Assembly: GCA_050084985.1 (NCBI GenBank)
Contig: JBITNC010000002.1
Location: forward strand, 36,332,001-36,396,000
Reading direction: 5' to 3'
Length of the DNA: 64,000 bases
Source: Nageia nagi
Lineage: Eukaryota > Plantae > Pinophyta
How positions within the stretch are numbered: position 1 is the stretch's first letter; the number at the start of each line of letters is the position of its first letter. Shown piece after piece: positions 24,381-37,800 of the stretch. The position numbers and the translations under genes were made by a program. The notes beneath the pieces were generated by a model. That model was not told the origin of the DNA. It worked only from the letters and a program-made list of their open reading frames with translations, and did not search any database.

Positions 24381-27300
24381 TTGAAATTGAAATTTGATAT
24401 TAATGTCTTCAGGTGACCAAAAAATGGTCAACGGGAATGTAGAAAATCACATATAGTAAGAGAAAGGAAGTTCCTAGCACAACTTTGATGTGTAAGAGTA
24501 ATAAGTAAATTAAAAAGAGAGTGTCAAAAATAACAAGCTTGGGTGAGACATAGAGTCCACATATAAGGAGTCAAGAGGCTCCTTGAGCATTTAAGGTTGA
24601 AAAAAAACTCTTAATGTTGCAACTAGAGGAAATAACCATAATGGGTCTAGCAGTAGTGCACTGATAGGTAATCCTTCCAGAGTCTTCAAGGTTCCTATGA
24701 TGCTTCTAATTCAAAATTTTTGTGGTTGAAAACAAGATCTAACAAGTCTGAAACACATCATATTATGGGATCTATCAATGATCACTTTATGTTGAAGGCA
24801 AGTTGCTTCTATGATATAAAGTGCAACACAGTTTTGGTCTTCATAGTTCATCCATGATTTCAAAGTGTAGGCATCCTTGAATAAGAAATGAAACTACCCA
24901 TGAATTTCATAGTAAATGGGGTAAATAAATATGAAGTTCTCTTTAATCTTTGGTTCCATGTTACATAGTTTTCATATACGTTGGTCTCTAGGGATATAGT
25001 GGTCTGGCTTGATATGAAGTTGGTGTGAGCAAACCTTATTTGGATAAGGGGAAATGGAGACCAATAATGCACAATTCTCTAGTTTCATGTAAAACTAAAA
25101 ATAATGGAAGAGCTTTGGAAAAAGGGATTTTACTGGTTCAATCCAAGTTGTCCTCAGGTAAGTTAAATAGATTTTCTTCTTAATTCTTTTGTTGATATAT
25201 TTGGTAGAAGAATTATAGTTAATGTTTGAGAATTGAGAGGAAGGTAGTCACCCAACATATAGGCCTATAGATTGTAGGACAAAGGTGGATTCAGAATACC
25301 AACACCAATGAATGCTTGTTATTGTAAGTTGCATTAAGGATTTGAGCTCTAAGAGAGGGTACCTCTTCAAGTTAGGAGATGTTAAAATCATGTGATGGAT
25401 CCTATTTAGAATCTTGATAACATGGAATACTATAAGAGCCAACATGGCGTATGCATCAAATTCAAATAGAATGATGAAATGACATACAATTAGTTTGGTT
25501 CAAATGGATCTTGAGAGCATACTGACCAAAACCCTCTCAACACAACCCCAACTAGATTGTTTCACTATATCTTGAAATTGGAGTTGAAAATATTATCTCT
25601 AAGTGTGATAATGATAACATAACCTTTAATTAATTTGTTATAGGAGGAAAGGCTCAAGTTGAAAGTAGGACTTGTGAAGAGAATACCCAAATAGAGGTGA
25701 CTATCTTGATAGGTTGCCCTTAGAAAATAAGGTGGATTTTAGAAGTGTTGAAATTTGATATATTAAAGTAGATCACCTTTATCTTTATAAGATTAACTTC
25801 AAGACCATGGGTAATACAAAAGGTACTCAAGATATCAACTTGAAATTGAAGTCTAGTTATTGAATGAGATAGCAAAATGATATCATCTACGAAGAGCTGA
25901 ATTGAGACAATGGAGTTATGTAAAATATAACCTATACTTGGATCCAATGCATTTGAGATCAGTTGTTAAAGTTCATCAATATAGAGCCCAAAGAGAGTAG
26001 GTGAGAAGGGGTAGCCTTGATTTATATCAATAGTGCTATAGACCATATTAGGTAAGTGAGAACCAATGTGGACTTAGCCAACTACTTATTCATATAATTT
26101 CATTCATGACAAGGGATACTACATCTTTAGGGATGCCTAGGTTTTCAAAGTCTATGGAATAAGAGATGTCTAAGGACAATATCAAAGGCTTTACGAAAGT
26201 AAATAAAGTACCACTAAACCTTCCTTTTGTAGGCTTGAGATTTTTTAATTGTGGCCCATAAAATAAAGATGTAATCAATAGTATGATAGTTTCTATATAA
26301 GCCAACTTGGATAGGTGTAGAAAGATTATGCATTTCAATAAATCTAGATATGAACTCAACAAGAGTCATGGAGAATAATTTTACAAGGATGTGGGTAACC
26401 ATAATTGTTCTATAATTATTAGGATCAAGGGGATCACCATATTTGTAAATGGTATGGATGATATTGGAGTTTCAATAGAGGGGAAATCCATGAGAAGAGA
26501 TGTAGTTGACCAATTTGATAATATGGACAACTGCAACTACAAGATTATGTTTGAGTAATTCAATACTTAGGTTTTCAAATTCAACTTCTTTACTAGTTTG
26601 GTGTTTATGGATAGCACACAAAACTATTTTATCAATGTATAAATGATAAGGATGATCTTGAGGGTTGGGAAAAATGGAGGGTTGATTCAAGATATTGTAT
26701 AGGATAAGGCATAAGTGGACCAAACATGTGGGTCAATGATACTATATAAGTGAGACTTAAGGAGAAAGAGGCATTGAAAGCCCTTAGCATTCATATTCAA
26801 CATATTGATGATTTTCAATCTTTTTGTAATAATATATTATCTCTTCTTATTTATGAGGTTACGATTAATTTTTGGGCCTCTTTAGCCATGAAGAGATTGC
26901 GTTGTAAAATAAAGTATTGAATTTCATGGTGATGGTGAGGCGATGGGATGTTGATGGTATGTGGGAAGGATTTAGTGGTGGTAGACCAAGGGCCTTTAGA
27001 GAAAAGATTCACTTGGAAGATGGGGTCTTATACCTAGTGGAGGTTAGCAAGATGCTTATTTAGGCTTTTTGTGTACATGTGGTTAAGATGTATTTGAAGT
27101 AGATGTGGGGGGTAGTGAGTGGTATGTGAAAGGGTAAGGGTGAAATAAGTGTGATCAAATAGGGTTGGAGTATTAAGGAATTTAAAATAAATGATATAAA
27201 TAGTAGAGGGGAGATTAGTTATAGCATAGTTGATCACGTTATTATCACCAAAAAAAGGGAAATAATTAGAATATCTAAAGTAAGGGAATTGAGAAATCCC

Positions 27301-28087
27301 ATTTAGGATGATCAAATCATGAGATTCATTCAAATGTCCAATTCTTTTCTATAAGGTGTGACATTTTTTCCAGCATCCTCAAATTATTGTGTTAGGCCTA
27401 AAACATTGAGATCATTTTAAAGACGATCTACAAAAATATCATGTAAGCGAAATTGGGATGTGATTATTCATGTATTGAAGTCCCAAAAGAGCATCATATA
27501 AACCAAGATAAAAAATATGGAGATCTTAGGATAAAGATATCTGTAGGGTGAATCGCCATTATCTACAATTGCATGTGATGAGTAAGCAAGAGGAAAGTAA
27601 CATATAGCAATGTAAAGATGTCATGAAGCTAGTTTCCTATCAAGAGGGATCCATATGTATCTAGCATGGATATTTGAGTATTCTAAATGAATGCATGAAG
27701 CTTAGAACTAATTATATAAACAAGAAATACATCTAGAGCCTTTGATTCCTTAGCAAGTCTTCGTTGTATAAGCAAACAATTAAGAATAACATGCATAGGA
27801 TGGTAGTGGTTCTAGTTGTATTTTATGTATTTTAGTGAGAAGGATGGGATTCTTATCACCAATTACATCATTTAATGAACCTTTGGAAGAGAACAAAGAG
27901 CCACCATAGTTCCATACAATAATTTTTGTTTAAGACCAAAGACCTAATGTTTGGTGTCATGCTAATGTGGACCAAGGTTTAGTCCATCTCGAGGGAGGAC
28001 TATCATGTATCTAAACTCTTGCATTGAAGAATAACCCATTTGCCTTATTTCATGGCTTCTATAATTTTATTTTTATTAGGTTTGAGT

Positions 28088-28519
28088 TGAAATATTATGA
28101 TCAACCATAAAACAGGAACAATCTCACATATTATTATACATTCACCATATATCAACATTGCAGAAATGGAGACATTTACAAATCTTCAAAAAACATGAGA
28201 ATGGATCTAAAAGAAGCTTTATTCTAGAACAAAATGAAGAGATACATTACAACATGGTTTCATAGAAACCCTCATGTTGCAATAGGTATATATCTCTCAT
28301 ATATCCAATACAAATCATGCTCCATTGTTCACTCTACTCCATCCTATCTCACACTACATCAACATCTCTTATTTAAACTTGTAATACAAAACTGAATAGA
28401 AAACTCCTAAATCTAACTCCTAAAAACTACTCCACACATTTGAGACATGTCAAATTTATTCAATTACATAATATGAAATATTATAATATTTTCTAACACC
28501 TAAAGTTTTATTTCTTACA
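28088..28519 (-). repeat. 3' LTR (432 bp)
   Basis: TGAAATATTATGA...TTTCTTACA; colinear with 38875-39335; adjacent to the PPT. Confidence 0.9.
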
Positions 28520-31500
28520 TTCTTCCCCTTGATGCTTTCAAGGAGTTATTGGAAGCATCACAAATTGAATATGTATCCTTTTTTCTCTTCTTCCAATTCA
28601 ACAATAAGAAATTATCAAGTTTAAAAAGTTTGATTTGACATTCTTCACACATCCATTCTTCAAACAGGATCATCAAAATCTACTTTTTCTTGCAAATAAA
28701 ACTTCACAAGCAATGGTACCATTGGAGAATAGACTTCCCTTGCATCACAAAACTCACAATTTTTGTCAAAAAACTCATTTTCAATAAAATTGTTCTATCC
28801 AAATTTTGGATCACTAACATTGAACCATACATAATCATGCGATTACTTTACTTCAAATCACTCAACCAAATCACCATTTCACAAATATTCACACAAACCA
28901 TCAAGAAAATAATCCCAAGCATGGCTAATTACATAAACAATCATCAAAATGCTCTTCAATCAAAAACTCACTCTTATTCATGATTGTAAGCTAACATATG
29001 GCTTTTCATAAACTCATCATTCTTCAAGAAACATTCTCATTAAACATTGGCAAAGACAAAACCATATCCCTCCAATAACACTCAAAATTCTAATTAAAAA
29101 TGCAATGTACATACAAATTTAGTTTCAAAAAACTCACCCACATTTTGCAATTTACAAACATCATGTTCAGCCATGAACATCCTTTCAATAACTTCATCCC
29201 AAACTTCATATTCATCAACAAAACTATATTACAAAATAATATTTTCAATCATGATATTTCTCACAATTCAACAAGTTGCATCTTTTCAACTTTCAAGATT
29301 GGAACTTTCAAACATTGTTTTCCATGCAAATAAGATTCAACTTTGCATCTTTTCAAACTTAAATTTACACCAAACCATAAGTTCAATTTTCAAGTTTGTT
29401 TTCAAAGCAACTTTCTCACCAAGGCTTTGCAAACAACAATTGTTCACATCACAAATCACATTACCTACTGTTGTACATCATGTTTATTGTCCTCAACAAA
29501 CTCATTTTGCTACTAAACAATGCAATTTTATCATCAAAACAATCCTCAAATTCATCTTCACAAAAGAGTTTTTACTAGTCTCTCAATCAACCACACATTT
29601 TCATACTGGAGAAGTAAACAACAATAGTAAATCACAAAAATATGCAAATAAGGAAAGGACTATCATTTTTACCAGCCAACCAGCCTTAACAAGACTGAAA
29701 TATCAACAACTTATCAACTTTCCCCTTTTGGAGGTTCTCCAACTTCAACATTCTTTTTCCCCTTTGGAGAAACTTCAAAACTTGTGCAAGTCTCTTCTCC
29801 ATAACCTACAACTTTAGCACCATCAAATTGATTTGCATTAGTAAATTTATCAACACAAAATGCATTATCAACCATGAGAATATTATAATCAATATTACTA
29901 TCCCCTTAAAGAGTATCATTGGGTGATGCCTCTTCCATGAGACAAACAAAATCTGAAACTTGGTGTGCCTCTTCCATGAAGCCACCACCAACACCATCAT
30001 GTGCTTCTTTCATGAAGCACTTAGTGAACTTTGGAACAACAAAATCATGGGATTCCCTCTGTCATTCTTCATTTATGCACTCCACATGTGCATCTACTTC
30101 CTTTGGAACAATTAAGCACTCCTTGTCATCTTCTTATACAATCTTGCAGCTACATGAAGCAAATCCTCTCTAGCCACCTCTTCCTTGGGCAGCATACACA
30201 CCTCTTTTTTGGAGTTTTTTCTCATAGACATTCCAAGCATAGAATAAAAAAATGATTTTTTGAAAATATGGCAAGGGGTCAAATATGAAAAAAATGGCCA
30301 TTAAATGGTCAAAATACGTTGAATATGGTAAAAATTTGTAGATCTAAAAATACATAAATATAGAAAAAATGGAGAAAAAAAGAACAAAAAATGGAAAAGA
30401 AACGAAAAATATGGGAAAAAATGGAAAATACAGCAAATAAATGGATAAAAGACGAGGAAAAAATGAAAATTTTAGGGAAAAAATGCGATGCATTGAAAAA
30501 TAAAAAAATGCAATTTTTTTTTAACTTTTTCTATACAATATGCCATAAATGATTAAATCATTCACATAAATGATTATATCGTCTACCAAGTACCAACTAC
30601 CAAGTACCAACACATTCATATTTCATAAATCATATCATTGATATATGAAAATAAAAGACATCTACAAAATGGTTTTCATATCATAAGTTATAAATCTACT
30701 ACTACTAGTACTATCCCATACACTCATAATGCCACTAAGTGTCCACTGTCAAGCACCAAGTCCAACAAAGTACAAATAATACTAAATACAATGTCTTGTG
30801 AGTAATGACTCCATGTGTGGGCCTTGGGGAGTCATCAATATGTGCAGTTCGGGGCTCTAGCCCTTTTACTAATCAATCAACCACCATTACTAGTAGTACC
30901 AGTACCAGTACCACGTGCTCCACTAATAGGTGTAGTAGGAGACTAAAAGTGAGAAGGTGGTCTCGTAGGGGTAGGAGCACTATGAGGAGGCAATCCTAAA
31001 CTACTAGAACTACCACCAACACTCTTGCAGGGCTTTTGCTTAATCCTCTGGTACAGAACGAGTGGCTCATCATCATCAGGCTCACTCTCCATGTCTCGGT
31101 AAACCTGACACTCATAAACTTGGTGAGGTTGAACACCATGATCAATCTCCATAAGAGGAAATGGATCAAAATATTGATGCTCCTCCTCCTCCTTCCCCTC
31201 TTCATCTACTGCATGCTCCTCCTCCTCACCCTCATCTGTAAGTTCATCTATCTCTTGCTCCATGTCAAGCCATTCTTCTCGAAATGCTTCATGTAACTCC
31301 TCTGGATTTGCCACTACATCCACTGGAGGTGCATCACTATTAAAAAAGCAAAAAAAGTCAACAAATACAATTTTATAGGACCTATCAAGATATTTTAAAA
31401 ATCACATGTAGGGGGTGCTAGGTGAACCATAAGAGTAAAAACGAAGAAGATAACCTGTATGAGGGATCAATGGCAGTTAAGTTAATGGGCTCATCCCCAT

Positions 31501-32200
31501 CCTTCTTTTATAGTTGCCTCACATATAATCGTAGGTTGACATAAATGTACACAATATCATTCAAGCGTTGTGTTGTCAACCTATTAACATAAAAAATGAG
31601 ATAATGAGAAATTGAGATTTGAGAGTGAAGTAAGAAATTTCCATTGCATTTTGGAAGTTGAAAAGAATCACAATTGAAATGAATCAAATTACTAACCTGT
31701 TGTGCTTCTTGGAAAGAATTTTTCAAATGCACTCTAATTGCGTTCACATCTTGAACCGCTACACATTTGACTAAGGATGCAAATGGCAAATCTTTGCAAC
31801 TCAAGTGTTTCACACCCAAAATTCGCCCACCACAACTCTATAAAATGTAGTAATATCAAATAAGAAAACATTAAATATTTAAAAATTTAATTACTTAAAT
31901 GTATAAACTCAAAACTTAAAAAGTTAAAAGTAATGCATGAACTTTGAATTTTTCTCACCTAGAGCAATCGTGAAACATGCCTCTCTATCGGATTGATACC
32001 CAAAGAGGCCTCAGGAGTGCTTGTATGACTCAAGCTCCTTGAAGATTTTGGATTGAGTGGTGGGATCCTAAATCATGCCAACTACACATTTTGTAAGGCC
32101 CAAATTAGCATGAGTATCAGTCTTGTATTTTGAGTTTGGTGCTTGTTACCAAACTCATTATCCTCATCAAGGTGGTCAATATAATAATGCATTATGGCCT

Positions 32201-34802
32201 TGTTATGAACAAAGTTCCCAAAATAGCATAAAATCACCAAAGAGAGAGCTCAATGCATTGAATAAGAGATAAAATCTGTAATAAGCCACTTCGAGGGGGC
32301 AACCTCCTTTACATCACATCAATTACACAACCATCGACATCCTCAAATGATAATACCTCCTTAGTATATATAGGAGTCCAAGGGGTGTCACTACAATGAA
32401 AGGACACTAGCCGACATAACAATAATAATGTAAGGAAATAATAATAACCATAGCCGACCTAACAATAATAATGTATAGGGACCTAACATGCCCCTCTCCT
32501 TCAAAAAATGTTGTCCTCAACATTTTAGTAGTTCTGGATGCTTCTGTAGAAATTTCTCATCTTCCCATGTGGAATATTCAGCCATTGCCATATTTTTACT
32601 TTCAACCTTCCTTGCCATCCTAAAAGCCATCTCTAAGGATGTTGGTTCAATTAGATGCACCTCATGTTGAATTTTATCCTTTAAGGTTCCCATAAAGAGA
32701 TCCAACAATCTATCATCTGGTATATCCTTCACTCTAAGACTCAACTTTTGAAATTGTTGAATGTGCTCCATCACTGAACCTTCTTGCCTTAGATTTATCA
32801 ATTGAGTAAAGAAGGAATTATTCTTAACATCCTCATGGTAGGCTATCAGTTCCTCTGTAAAAATGGACCAAGATATAATAGAACCCTTTTTACGTTCACA
32901 AATCCATTGGTACCATACAACCTGCTCAGGCTCTAGATACAAGGATGCAATAGTTACTTTTTGTGATGTTGGTAATTGGTGTAGATCAAAAAAGTGCTCC
33001 ATTTGAAATATCCAAGTGATGGGGTCCCTTCCATCAAACTTCCTCATGTCGATCTTGGGGATTTGGATTCCCCTTGAGAACCATGCTTGATTACTTCCAT
33101 CAGTAGAAGCATATCCTCCTGAATTAGGCTTATTAATGAAGGGTTTATCTCCTTGAATAATATCATTATTTACCTGATAACCTTGGGCCATATCAACATC
33201 TTTAGGAATCTTTACTTCTGGGTTTTGTATGAGTTGAAAAATCTTTTCCATATATTGATCCATTTTAGTTGCCAACTCTTTTGTCAAATCCCTTTTTAAT
33301 TCCTCCATATCACCCTTTTTTACACACTCTTTAACCAATTCTTCCACTTGGGATATTCGAAAGAATATGTCTTCACTTTCTGCTATAGTCATGGATGAAC
33401 CCTCTAGAGGTCTAGTTGGTGTAGCAATTTTTTTCGGTGGCATTTTGACTAAGTATTCTAGGGGTCTCCCTATATACACAAGGTACGTGGGAGCTCAATT
33501 CTGTGCTAGTGCTGTCTAATGCACAACCGTTCGAAAAGGGCCCTTGCTAATATACTCGCGGTACATGAGGGAATCCTAAAGGACCTCTCTATATACCATG
33601 TACGTGCATGAGCATGATGGCCTCTCTATATACTCAAAGGTACGTGAGAGAATCCAACAGTGGCCTAAGCGATATACTGCGAGTACGTTGTAGGAGACCA
33701 CAATTCCTCGGGATGCAGTGCTGGCAAAGTAACGACAGCTCCTATGTTTAAAGACGCCAAAACACGTCTATACCTAAAACACTCTACTCTTTCTTTTCTT
33801 TCCAATAGCTTATGAATCTCCCCAAATAGACCTTTCAATCAAAATATATACAAATTTAAAGAAATAAATAAATAAATTGTACCTTTTTTAAATCGTGATT
33901 TGGAGATTGTTCTATTGTCCAACCTTCCAACTGATGTAAATATGAAATTTCAGCCCTTCAGAGTCTGAAATTTCTACCTATGGTAGCCTCAGATGTCTTC
34001 TTTTCAATGCCACAGATTTCGTCAAATTCTGATAGCCCAAGAGGAAATGACTGCAATTTTCCCAAAATGTGCTGATTTTTGGATTTTTTTGAAGAGCGAA
34101 CTTGTATGAAGTGCCTTGTGTCACCTGTTTATTCTTAGACCTTGAAAATTGTAACAGATAAACTTCCGTATATAACCTAACCAATCCAATAGGTCTCACC
34201 TAGTTTGGAGCTGTAAAACTTCAGATATATCTTTTTTAGCTAGAACACCTGTTTCAGACCTGCTTTTGCGACTAGTCACAAACCTTAACTTCCCCTGAGT
34301 GTAACTTAAAAAATATAGCGACTTAGGAGCTGAAATTTTAACTGAAACTTCTTCGTTATGTCTTCAAAAAACCCAATAAATTTCAGAATTTAAATCCTCC
34401 CGAAAAAAAATTGGTAGCGAAAATGCCACGATGACTATTTTTGAGCTGTGAAACCCTAGAATCGTCTGCTCTGGTACCAAATGTTATGAACAAAGTTCCC
34501 AAAATAGCATAAAATCACCAAAGAGAGAGCTCAATGCATTGAATAAGAGATAAAATCTGTAATAAGCCACTTCGAGGGGGCAACCTCCTTTGTAATAAGC
34601 CACTTCGAGGGGGCAACCTCCTTTACATCACATCAATTACACAACCATCGACATCCTCAAATGATAATACCTCCTTAGTATATATAGGAGTCCAAGGGGT
34701 GCCACTACAATGAAAGGACACTAGCCGACATAACAATAATAATGTAAGGAAATAATAATAACCATAGCCGACCTAACAATAATAATGTATAGGGACCTAA
34801 CA
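32201..34802 (-). mobile_element. Young 2.6-kb non-autonomous Ty3/Gypsy chromovirus derivative (gag-only); LTRs 32201-32488 and 34482-34802
   Basis: TG...CA LTRs differing by one substitution and a 33-bp duplication; TSD GGCCT (32196-32200 and 34803-34807); PBS (plus GCTCTGGTACCA, 34468-34479); PPT (plus TGCCCCTCTCCTTC, 32489-32502). Confidence 0.95.
32517..33443 (-). CDS. Retrotransposon Gag protein with in-frame chromodomain C-terminal tail (likely start MPPKK)
   Basis: Uninterrupted ORF: PKIDMRKFDGRDPITWIFQMEHFF...WSIFTEELIA...QLINLRQEGSVMEHIQQF (Retrotrans_gag-like), ending AEYSTWEDEKFLQKHPELLKC. Confidence 0.85.
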   Translation of the reverse strand: MPPKKIATPTRPLEGSSMTIAESEDIFFRISQVEELVKECVKKGDMEELKRDLTKELATKMDQYMEKIFQLIQNPEVKIPKDVDMAQGYQVNNDIIQGDKPFINKPNSGGYASTDGSNQAWFSRGIQIPKIDMRKFDGRDPITWIFQMEHFFDLHQLPTSQKVTIASLYLEPEQVVWYQWICERKKGSIISWSIFTEELIAYHEDVKNNSFFTQLINLRQEGSVMEHIQQFQKLSLRVKDIPDDRLLDLFMGTLKDKIQHEVHLIEPTSLEMAFRMARKVESKNMAMAEYSTWEDEKFLQKHPELLKC

Positions 34803-37800
34803 GGCCTCCTTGGCCCTAGCCATAGCCTCATACAAATAGCCCATAGTGGGCCTATCACTATCAACCAGTCGAAGGACTTATACAAGTGGTGCTGTCATGC
34901 TACAAATCTCTTTGAGCATCACCAAAAAATCATCCCTAGATATCAATGAAGACATGACCAAACCCTCTGGCCTCGTGCTTATGGCTGTATCACTCCACTC
35001 GCTAGAAATAAATATGGAATGCAACTCATGCATGTTCGAAAATATCGACTGAAGGCTAATGAAATTGGAGGCAAAACTCATAACTCTTAGGCGTAACAAG
35101 TCCTTGTCATTGGTGTACCTCCTCATCATAATAAGAATAATGGTTTTATTATAAATATACTTGGTAACACAAGTTAAAAAATTAAGAATCAAGATAGTCT
35201 AAGAGTAAGATTATAAGATAACAAAAAAATATGATAAGATAAAACAAGATAAGATAGATGTACCTCATGATTGTCCTTGCTTGGCCAACCACCTCTTTCA
35301 TCCAAGCTATTTTTCCTATGTCCTCCAGAAGAAGATCAATGCAATGACAAGCACATGGAGTCCAGTACAAGGAGGGATACATATTCATGAGCTTGGTACC
35401 TGCTGCAACATAACTAGAAGCATTGTCTATGACCACTTGAACAACATGCTCTGGCCCCACCTCCCTCACAAATTGATCCAATAAGTCACATAACAAGTTT
35501 TCATCTTTTGCCTTATTGGATGCATCAATGGATTTCTTAAATATTGTGCATATTTGGAGTATACCAAAAAATTGATCAAGATTTTACTCTTATTATCCAA
35601 CCACCCATCAGATAATATTGTGCAACGTGATAACTTCCAAGATTCTTCAATATCAACCATTTTAAAAATAATAAAATAAAACTAAAATAAATTATAAAAT
35701 AACTAAATAAAAAAGCAATTAAAAAATGTAATTCATATTATTTATTAAAATTTGATATTACTAATTTACTATTTAGTAATTTACGATTTTACATACCTTT
35801 CAAGTACTTCCTGCTTGAGATCCTTCATGAGAGACCCTTGCATTTCTGCATGAGTAGGCCCCACATACCCATTTCCACTTGTAGTAGAAGAGCTCATCCC
35901 TCCTAGCTCCATTCGAATTGCTTATTTCCTCTCTTTTTTTTCAACAATAGAATCCAAGGCTCTAATTACGTCCAAGGTAAGATCTGAGTTGCATTTGGGC
36001 AACTCTCCACATCGCTCCTTGGTCTCCTAGAAAGATGCCCTTTGAACCTTGTAATTGTTCCTTGGATAGGCTTTTCACATAGATTGTACTTAAAATATGG
36101 AGAACTACCTCAAACCCCATCAATTGGAGTCACATATTGCCAAAATCTATCCAACTCATTCAGCATCTTGGAATTTGGAAAACCTCCCTCAAGTTCTACA
36201 ATGCTCCCCTCTAGCTCCTCTCTCTTTCAGTCTCCTAGACCCTGCATTGCGAAAATGAGGGGAAAAAATGATTTTTGGCCCTTTATTTCTTCTCCCTAGT
36301 TGCCCAACCTCCTTCCGTGTTTTTACGACATTTTTTCTATCTTTTAACCATTTAAACGGCGTCTAAACTCCAAATGCACATTTTTTGCATTTTTCTCCCC
36401 AAAATTTGCAGTCTTGCTTTGTCATGCTACGTTTTTTATCAAGAATACATCTTTTCAAAGAAAAAATGATGCATTTTGGTGTAAAAATGGCAGGTATGTA
36501 GGGGGGATTAAGTGAAATTCAGAACGCATTTTTTTTGGCCTTTTTGACATTTATACGACATATTTTAGACAAAAAAATGCGTATTGTCCCCTTTTCAAAA
36601 TTCGCTTGGGACCCACATTTTTTCAAGTCTTCAACATTTTTTAGGCATTTAAACGGTCGTATTTTGGTCATAAAAAATGACGTATTTTCTATTTTTTTGA
36701 GGAAAATATGGAAAAGTTAACAAAACGTGAAAAATGCCATTTTGCATTTAAACAGTGTTTTTTTATTCTATGATTCCAAGTCTCTTCCTGTAAATAGATA
36801 TATTCACTAGGTTGCACATAAAAAACTTCACAAGACAAGGGCTCATCTTCCTTGCCCACAAGGTTATTATTTACAAACTCATAATTTTGGAGATTACTAT
36901 TCTTCACATTACAATTTACCTTCTCAACATTATCAAAATTTTCAAGCAACATTTGCCATATATCAAATGTTGATCTACAATGCTTAATAGGAGGGAAAAC
37001 ACTTTGTTTTATACCTCTTTGCAATGCCATGAGTGCCAAAAAATTTGTGCTTTGTTCCTCCTTCAACCTTCTCTCTTCACCTTCATGGCTGCACCAATCC
37101 TGAGGTTCTTCATAACCTTTTTCCATAATATCTCAAAAATCTATGCCCATTAACCAAGTCTCCATCTTTATTTTCCAAAACTGGAAATTCTCTCCATCAA
37201 AATCTAGTACTGTTAGATCAGTATTGTTAACCATTACAGCTAGAGCAATTGCAAATGAGTGAATGAATAAAAAAGAAGGAAATATTTCCACGATTCTCGC
37301 AAGTTTTCTAATCCAACAGATCACCACATTGTATCTATTGCAAAAATGAATATAAATATTGCAAAACCATACTCTTTCTCTACACAAGTCACAATACACT
37401 GGTCACAAATTGGAAGATGTTATCTGAGTTTCTTCTCTGGGAACACTGAGTAGTACTCTATCTTCAAACAATTTCTGAACATATATTCACCATTTTGCAA
37501 ACAATCATGTACTCCCTCTGCACTTGATTTTATCAAATGAAGTATTATTTAAATAAGAACAATCTTATATAATGCTCATGCCTATTCTCATAATCACACG
37601 ACACGATCACAGAAAAAATGACAATCTTCGCGTAGATATAAATTTAGTTTCACAATGCTCTGTCCAACGATAGCCTCACGGTCCTTAGCTACACGTCTCA
37701 CAATTTCATATCACGTAGCATCCTACATATAAGACTGCACAACATTTTGTCAAACATGTAACGTCCCTTTTAATGGAACATGAATAGCTTCTTTCAAGAC

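Larger units (their letters stand above)
30238..36772 (-). mobile_element. hAT DNA transposon with degenerate, intron-containing transposase (BED finger, DUF659, dimerisation region)
   Basis: 15-bp TIR CATAGAATAAAAAAA at both ends; 8-bp TSD ATTCCAAG (30230-30237 and 36773-36780). Motifs: FWQYV...LCEK...RFKGHL...CP (~35995-36150), CTILSDGWLDNKSKILINFLV, VGPEHVVQVVIDNASSY...YWTPCACHCIDLLLEDIGK, NRLTTQRLNDIVYIYVNLRL. Confidence 0.93.

Noticed and set aside
29173-29817. 214-aa + strand ORF
   Set aside because: Low-complexity antisense shadow of the decayed minus-strand frame in the LTR element; no recognisable domain.
30240-30530. A-rich AAAAAATGG repeats as an independent satellite
   Set aside because: Immediately inside the hAT TIR; explained as subterminal repeats.
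30943-31323. 126-aa acidic ORF as a separate gene
   Set aside because: Lies inside the hAT TIRs downstream of the dimerisation region; best read as the acidic last exon of the transposase.
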